Source: an uncultured Candidatus Binatia bacterium (lineage in GTDB: Bacteria > Desulfobacterota > Binatia > Bin18). Taken from it: a stretch of DNA of 64,000 nt. The notes under the pieces were generated by a model that was given only the letters and a program-made list of their open reading frames with translations, was not told the DNA's origin and did no database searches. Where the stretch lies: NCBI GenBank assembly GCA_965218395.1, contig OZ244620.1:2961546-3025545 (forward strand), in the 5' to 3' direction. Position 1 is the stretch's first letter, and each line of letters opens with the position of its first letter. The position numbers were made by a program, and so were the translations under genes. Below, in pieces: positions 59,389 through 64,000 of the stretch.

Positions 59389-60357
59389 GTGTCAGCTTTG
59401 CCGATATTTGACCTGTTCTCGAAACGTCAAAAGAAACTTCGAGGAGAGACTCCTGACGTTTACGTCTACGACGAACTCCCTAATCCTCTTAGGGTACAGA
59501 TTGTTCACATCTGGAGGGATACTCTTGGGAATGATGCACAATATAATGGCGTGGCATACGGTGATTACCGCTACAGATCGGTAAGAGAAGCTTATCGGTT
59601 CATAGTCAATACCTTATGTCACGAATATGGTGTTTTCACTCTACCGGGAACAATGGAGCGTTATGGAGATGGAAATTACGTTGAAGAACTCAGAGATTTC
59701 TTCCTTCAAGAAGAAGATGTCGAAAAGGCCCTTGATGCGGTAGAGTTGTCATTTCTGACCATAGACCGCTTTACGAGAAGCTTGAATTACCTAGAACGAA
59801 GGGATGCGTCAGAGAGAGCAGACCGTGCAACAGAGGAGCTAAATGCTAGGTTCAAGGAGCATGGTGTTGGTTATCAATTTACAAACGGAGAAATTATTCG
59901 TGTCGATTCCGAATTGATTCATTCTGAGGTTGTTCAGCCAGCTCTAAAGCTGCTCAATCAAGAACACTATGCCGGAGCGCAACAGGAGTTCTTAACGGCA
60001 CACGAACACTACCGAAAGGGTGACACGAAAGAAGCCCTCAACGAGTGTCTCAAATCGTTCGAGAGCGTAATGAAGGCGATTTGCGACAAGAGAGGCTGGA
60101 GTTACGCCAATAATGCAACAGCAAACTCTTTAATACAGGTATGTTTTGATAACGGATTGATTCCACCGTTCTGGCAATCACAGTATGCGTCACTAAGAAG
60201 TCTTTTGGAGAGTGGGGTCCCTACTGGACGAAACAAGTTGAGTGGTCACGGTCAAGGCACTACTCCGGTATCCGTGCCAGATCACGTTGTCGCTTATATG
60301 CTGCACATGACGGCATCAGCAATCGTATTTCTAGCCGAAGCTGATGCAAATTTATGA
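59389..60357 (+). CDS. HEPN-domain protein, AbiJ-like (putative abortive-infection/defense)
   Basis: C-terminal R-x5-H motif (RNKLSGH) within a helical HEPN-like region. The local GC is lower than the flanks. A TTG at 59398 after AGGAGG is a likely alternative start. Confidence 0.5.
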   Translation: MSALPIFDLFSKRQKKLRGETPDVYVYDELPNPLRVQIVHIWRDTLGNDAQYNGVAYGDYRYRSVREAYRFIVNTLCHEYGVFTLPGTMERYGDGNYVEELRDFFLQEEDVEKALDAVELSFLTIDRFTRSLNYLERRDASERADRATEELNARFKEHGVGYQFTNGEIIRVDSELIHSEVVQPALKLLNQEHYAGAQQEFLTAHEHYRKGDTKEALNECLKSFESVMKAICDKRGWSYANNATANSLIQVCFDNGLIPPFWQSQYASLRSLLESGVPTGRNKLSGHGQGTTPVSVPDHVVAYMLHMTASAIVFLAEADANL

Positions 60358-60557
60358 TGACGTCAAGAAATTGGGCGATATCGCTTTTCAACTCGGCCTT
60401 GACTTCAGCAGCGAAGTCCACCGGCACCCTCTCACCTTGTTTCGGCCTCTCCGGCTGTGTACATTCCCAGGCCATGTCTCCAGTTGACACCCCGTGGAGG
60501 GCTTTGTAGACTCCTTCCGGTAAAGAGACCGCCCGCCGATTTCCCAGGTCGTGAGGA

Positions 60558-61205
60558 ATGGAGTGTCGCATGTCTTGTTCGTTTCGTAGCGTAGGCTTGG
60601 CCCTGGTCATCGTTACCGCGGGATGTGTCGTGGCCGACCGGCCAGCACGGGCGGAAACTGATGCGGAAGCCGACCTCCAGCCCGGAACGACCTCCTTCGA
60701 TTGTACAACCAGCGCGGTTGATTACCTGGACGATCCGTCCCTCACCCGAGCAGAGAAACTGGCACGTATGGACGTGGCGCTCAGCCAGTCCCTTGACCAA
60801 TTTGAGGCCTGCCACGCCGTGAGCGGCCAGGCTGCCGCCCCCACTCCCGCGGCCGCAGGACAGACGACCCCGGACGCCGCTGCAACGCTCGGAGGAGACC
60901 CGGTTCGGTCGGTCGCGTCATCCGAAATAGCCGGTACCGAGGCCCCGTCGGTCCGCGGCGAATCGGCCCCGTCCACTCCGCCGGCCTCCGTGGCAATGCC
61001 CGTCGCCACGGCGGTGGCTGGGCAGGCGCAAGGACCCCTGCCCAACGGGCGCCTGCCAGCAGACATTCCTGCTGCCGACAACGATAGCGTCCTGGCGGCG
61101 CAGATACGCGAGGCGGCGATGCAGGAAACAGATCCGGAAAAGCGCAAGCGCTTGTGGGAAGAGTATCGCCGCTATAAAGACCGGGGCGTAGCGCAGGAAT
61201 ATTGA
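60558..61205 (+). CDS. Hypothetical lipoprotein with an Ala/Pro-rich linker
   Basis: Lipobox LALVIVTAGC, low-complexity linker, conserved-looking charged C-terminus. Confidence 0.5.
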   Translation: MECRMSCSFRSVGLALVIVTAGCVVADRPARAETDAEADLQPGTTSFDCTTSAVDYLDDPSLTRAEKLARMDVALSQSLDQFEACHAVSGQAAAPTPAAAGQTTPDAAATLGGDPVRSVASSEIAGTEAPSVRGESAPSTPPASVAMPVATAVAGQAQGPLPNGRLPADIPAADNDSVLAAQIREAAMQETDPEKRKRLWEEYRRYKDRGVAQEY

Positions 61206-61243
61206 GCCGACCCGGGAAACTGCCGCACCCATACGGAAGAAAC

Positions 61244-62494
61244 ATGCCGCTATGTAAAAAGTTCATGGTGTACCTCGCCTGTCTTGCCCTTGCGCTGTCG
61301 GGCTGTACGACGCATAGCGGTAGGCTGCCTGGGCCGGGTCGGCCCGCGGTCGGCCCACCACCGTCCTCCTCTCCGCTCCACAAGACGGAGGCTGCACGAG
61401 CGTCCGTCCGCCAGGGGCCGCGATTGGACATTGCTATTCCGGTATTTGATCCGGGGCTGTCGGAGGCTGCCGTCAAGTATGCCGAGCAGGGTGTATGGCC
61501 GGAACTGCGCCGGGCCGAGGCCAACCGCTTCGCCTATAAACTGAAATTGGCACTTGAAGAAACCGAGGTCTTTGGGGCTGTGCGCGTCACCCCCGACGCT
61601 ACCGCGGCCGCGGACTTATATATCCTGGGACGGATCGAGGAGTCGAACGGTGAAACGGTGGCTCTCAACGTGGCCGTCAGCGATATTTCCGGCGCCGAGT
61701 GGTTGAACAAACCCTTTCGCCATACCGTCGGAGCCGGCTTCCATAAGAATAGTCGGAACGCCGGTAAGGACGCCTACGACCCGGTGTTTGAGCGCATTGC
61801 GCGCGCCCTGGTTGAGCAGCTCGACCGCCAGGACCATTCCGCTGCGTGTCTCAAAATGCTGACGGATATGCGCTTTGGTACGAGCCTGGCGGAGGAGGCG
61901 TTTGCTGAACACCTCAAACAGGAGTCTGGTCAATTCGTCCTGGCGGGTTATCCGAGCGATGATGATCCCATGCTGCGGCGCACCAGAGACCTGCGGGTCC
62001 ATGACCAACTGTTCGTCGATGATCTTCAGGACCACTACCGGACCTTCGGGGACGAGATGAACAACAGCTATCTGGTCTGGCAGGAACACAGTCTCGTCGA
62101 GGTCCAGGCCCAACGGGCCGCCAAACGCAAGTCCCTGCTCCAGGGGGTCGGGGGAGCCTTGTTGGTCGGTCTGGCGATTGCCGCCCTCGGCGCCTCCGCG
62201 GCGACCGCATCGCCCATGACGTCGTCGGCTGCGGCAGTGGGAGGGGTGGCGGCAGGGGTGGCTGGTGCGGCCATGATTGCGAAAAGCTTCCAGACGAGTG
62301 CCGAGGCAAAGGTCCACCGGGATGCGCTCAATGAGCTTGGGGAATCTATTGATGTTGAACTCTCACCGCGGGTGGTCGCGTTTGAGAAAGACACTGAAAA
62401 ACTGACTGGCACGGCCAAGGAACAGTTCGGTCAATGGCGCGCATTTCTCCAGAGGATTTACGAGCAGGAGCGAACACCGGAGGTGGAACTCTAA
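61244..62494 (+). CDS. Hypothetical lipoprotein with a C-terminal Ala/Gly-rich hydrophobic segment
   Basis: Lipobox LALALSGC. The mid-region block DIAIPVFDPGLSE..GAVRV is loosely reminiscent of CsgG/LpoB-type lipoproteins. The C-terminal segment may be a TM helix. Confidence 0.5.
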   Translation: MPLCKKFMVYLACLALALSGCTTHSGRLPGPGRPAVGPPPSSSPLHKTEAARASVRQGPRLDIAIPVFDPGLSEAAVKYAEQGVWPELRRAEANRFAYKLKLALEETEVFGAVRVTPDATAAADLYILGRIEESNGETVALNVAVSDISGAEWLNKPFRHTVGAGFHKNSRNAGKDAYDPVFERIARALVEQLDRQDHSAACLKMLTDMRFGTSLAEEAFAEHLKQESGQFVLAGYPSDDDPMLRRTRDLRVHDQLFVDDLQDHYRTFGDEMNNSYLVWQEHSLVEVQAQRAAKRKSLLQGVGGALLVGLAIAALGASAATASPMTSSAAAVGGVAAGVAGAAMIAKSFQTSAEAKVHRDALNELGESIDVELSPRVVAFEKDTEKLTGTAKEQFGQWRAFLQRIYEQERTPEVEL

Positions 62495-62496
62495 CC

Positions 62497-63879
62497 GTGT
62501 ACAGGGTCACGCCGGCCGTCGACCTATTGGCCCTGGGGTTGCAGCTCGCCTTCATTGTTTTTACTCAATCTGCCTCCGCGGACACCGCCCGCGCCACGTC
62601 CGAAGCGGCTGCCCGCCCCGCCGCCTCTTCCGGTTCCGGGCTGAGCGCCAATCCGCAGCCTGCGCACTTCAAGGCGCTGCTGCGTGAGTATGTGGACGAT
62701 ATAGAGCCAGCTATCCAAAGCGAGGCGTTTGGTGCCTGGGACGCCGTTGTCCAACAGGAGGTCGCGGACCTGAAGGCAGCCGCGCTGCAGGCGTTCAGCC
62801 AGGGACAGTATACGGACGCCGTGGTCAAGCTCGGGGCATTAGTTGCCCTCAGCCGCACCGCCCTGCGCGCGCGCGAGGCCGCCTTTACCACGGCACTTTC
62901 CGCGGCGCGCCGACAGAGTGACGCCGACAATTACGAGGCGGCTCTGGTGCAGATCACCGCAGCGCTGCGCATTCGGCCGGACTCAGCGGCTGCGGCGCGG
63001 CTGTACACCAAGATTCAGACCCTACCACAGGTGGTGGCGTATCTGCGCGCGGCCCGGACCGCGGCCGCGGAAAATAATCCAGAGGCGGAACTGCGGGCTC
63101 TGGAGGAAGTCGTGAAGAGAGACCCGGAGCGGCGGGGAGTCCGCGGCCGGGTGGCGACACTTCGCTCGGCCCGCCAGGACGAGCGCTACCGCCGCGCTAT
63201 TACGCGCGGATTGCGGGCGGTAGCGCACGGCGCCCTTGACGCGGCCCGGCAGCATCTGACCGCGGCGCAGCGTCTCTTCTCCGGGCGGGCCGAAACGGCG
63301 CTGCTGGCAGAACAGCTGCGTGCAGCCGAGCGCCACGATCAGGTTGAGCGGCTGCTGGAAACGGCCCGCGCCGCGGTCGCGTCCGACGATTGGGAAGCCG
63401 CGCTCAACGCCTACCGCCAGGCTGAGCAGCGTGCTGCTGGTAGCGCGCCGGCAGTGCAGGGCCGCAAGACGGCGGACCACATTGTGTCTCTCCTCAAGGC
63501 GGTTGACGCCCACCTCGCCGCCGCGCACCGACTGTCTTCACCACACGTGGCGGCGCACGTCCGGACCCTGGTCGCCGAAAGCCTGCGCGTGGGACACGTC
63601 AGCCCGAAACTGGTAGCGCGCACCTCGGAACTCCAACAGGTGCTTGATCGCTATTCCAGACCGATCGCGGTCCGCGTCATCTCCGACGGCAAGACGCGTG
63701 TCTCCGTCAGGGGGGTCGGCCGGGTCGGGAGTGTTGTCTCAAAGGTGATTCATCTCAAGCCGGGTGACTATCGGTTTGAGGGCCGCCGGAGCGGTTATAG
63801 ATCGAAAATCGTCCCGGTCCGGATCTCACCCTCCACGGCCGACGTACAGGTGGCAGTCGTCTGCGATGAGCCAATTTGA
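62497..63879 (+). CDS. Secreted Ala/Arg-rich helical-repeat (TPR-like) protein with a C-terminal PEGA-like beta domain
   Basis: GTG start 11 nt after GGAGGTGG and 2 nt after the upstream stop. Signal peptide. C-terminal IAVRVISDGKTRVSVRGVG...GDYRFEGRRSGYRSKIVPV is PEGA-like. Confidence 0.5.
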   Translation: MYRVTPAVDLLALGLQLAFIVFTQSASADTARATSEAAARPAASSGSGLSANPQPAHFKALLREYVDDIEPAIQSEAFGAWDAVVQQEVADLKAAALQAFSQGQYTDAVVKLGALVALSRTALRAREAAFTTALSAARRQSDADNYEAALVQITAALRIRPDSAAAARLYTKIQTLPQVVAYLRAARTAAAENNPEAELRALEEVVKRDPERRGVRGRVATLRSARQDERYRRAITRGLRAVAHGALDAARQHLTAAQRLFSGRAETALLAEQLRAAERHDQVERLLETARAAVASDDWEAALNAYRQAEQRAAGSAPAVQGRKTADHIVSLLKAVDAHLAAAHRLSSPHVAAHVRTLVAESLRVGHVSPKLVARTSELQQVLDRYSRPIAVRVISDGKTRVSVRGVGRVGSVVSKVIHLKPGDYRFEGRRSGYRSKIVPVRISPSTADVQVAVVCDEPI

Positions 63880-64000
63880 CCAACGTCTGAAAACGGCGCG
63901 CCAGCGTCAGTTGAACTACTTTACGCTCGTGGCGGCTGCCTTGGTCGGTAGCGTGCTGGTTGTGGTGTGCGCCCTGCTGTATACAAGCCGGACCGTCGTT
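63866..64000 (+). CDS. Membrane-anchored protein, 5' fragment (continues past the window end)
   Basis: The ATG overlaps the previous stop (ATGAGCCAATTTGA). MSQFDQRLKTARQRQ followed by a TM segment. Confidence 0.4.
   Translation, partial: MSQFDQRLKTARQRQLNYFTLVAAALVGSVLVVVCALLYTSRTVV

Noticed and set aside
60260-60610. 116-aa minus-strand ORF overlapping the 3' end of the HEPN gene
   Set aside because: It overlaps the HEPN coding sequence antisense for about 100 nt and has no RBS or recognisable domain. Likely spurious, although a small antisense-encoded partner cannot be fully excluded.
60722-61524. Two overlapping minus-strand ORFs (141 and 247 aa) across the lipoprotein operon
   Set aside because: Their translations are Ala/Arg/Gly low-complexity mirror images of the plus-strand Ala/Pro-rich linkers. 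The plus-strand genes have lipoboxes, RBSs and coupled junctions.

Overview
High-GC (roughly 60-65% by eye) bacterial chromosomal segment with about 65 genes on both strands. The lineage is not assignable from sequence alone. Most of it is ordinary housekeeping and metabolism: clpB, folD, ispG, coaE, riboflavin synthase, truA, valS, tRNA-Leu(CAG), class I and class V aminotransferases, a KamA-family radical SAM enzyme, phosphatidylcholine synthase, MltA, a rhomboid protease, two GSTs and a PQQ-type sugar dehydrogenase. The accessory and unusual content is as follows. (1) A signal-peptide-bearing PrxQ/Bcp peroxiredoxin whose peroxidatic Cys codon is an in-frame TGA, followed by a SECIS-like hairpin. 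This is a candidate selenoprotein. (2) Four type II toxin-antitoxin modules (BrnT/BrnA with a palindromic operator, HicA/HicB-like in a low-GC islet, a PemK/MazF-like pair inserted into an acyl-CoA catabolic cluster, VapB/VapC), plus a HEPN/AbiJ-like gene in a lower-GC stretch after valS. (3) Two families of dispersed palindromic repeats: CCCTCTCCC-N3-4-GGGAGAGGG, and a 26-nt GTAGGGGCAACCCCCYGTGGTTGCCC element at two gene 3' ends. (4) An SRPBCC gene interrupted by an in-frame TAA. (5) A minus-strand operon of a DASS transporter, a 2OG-Fe dioxygenase and a 952-aa fused permease/spermidine-synthase-like/TPR protein. (6) A thiolase/DUF35/LLM/ACAD/ECH/SDR acyl-CoA cluster. (7) A translationally coupled four-gene operon of lipoproteins and a secreted helical-repeat/PEGA protein at the 3' end. 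No CRISPR array, rRNA, integrase or transposase was seen. Coordinates of CDS are anchored on the supplied ORF track. Coordinates of small RNA and repeat features were read by eye and may be off by a few nt.
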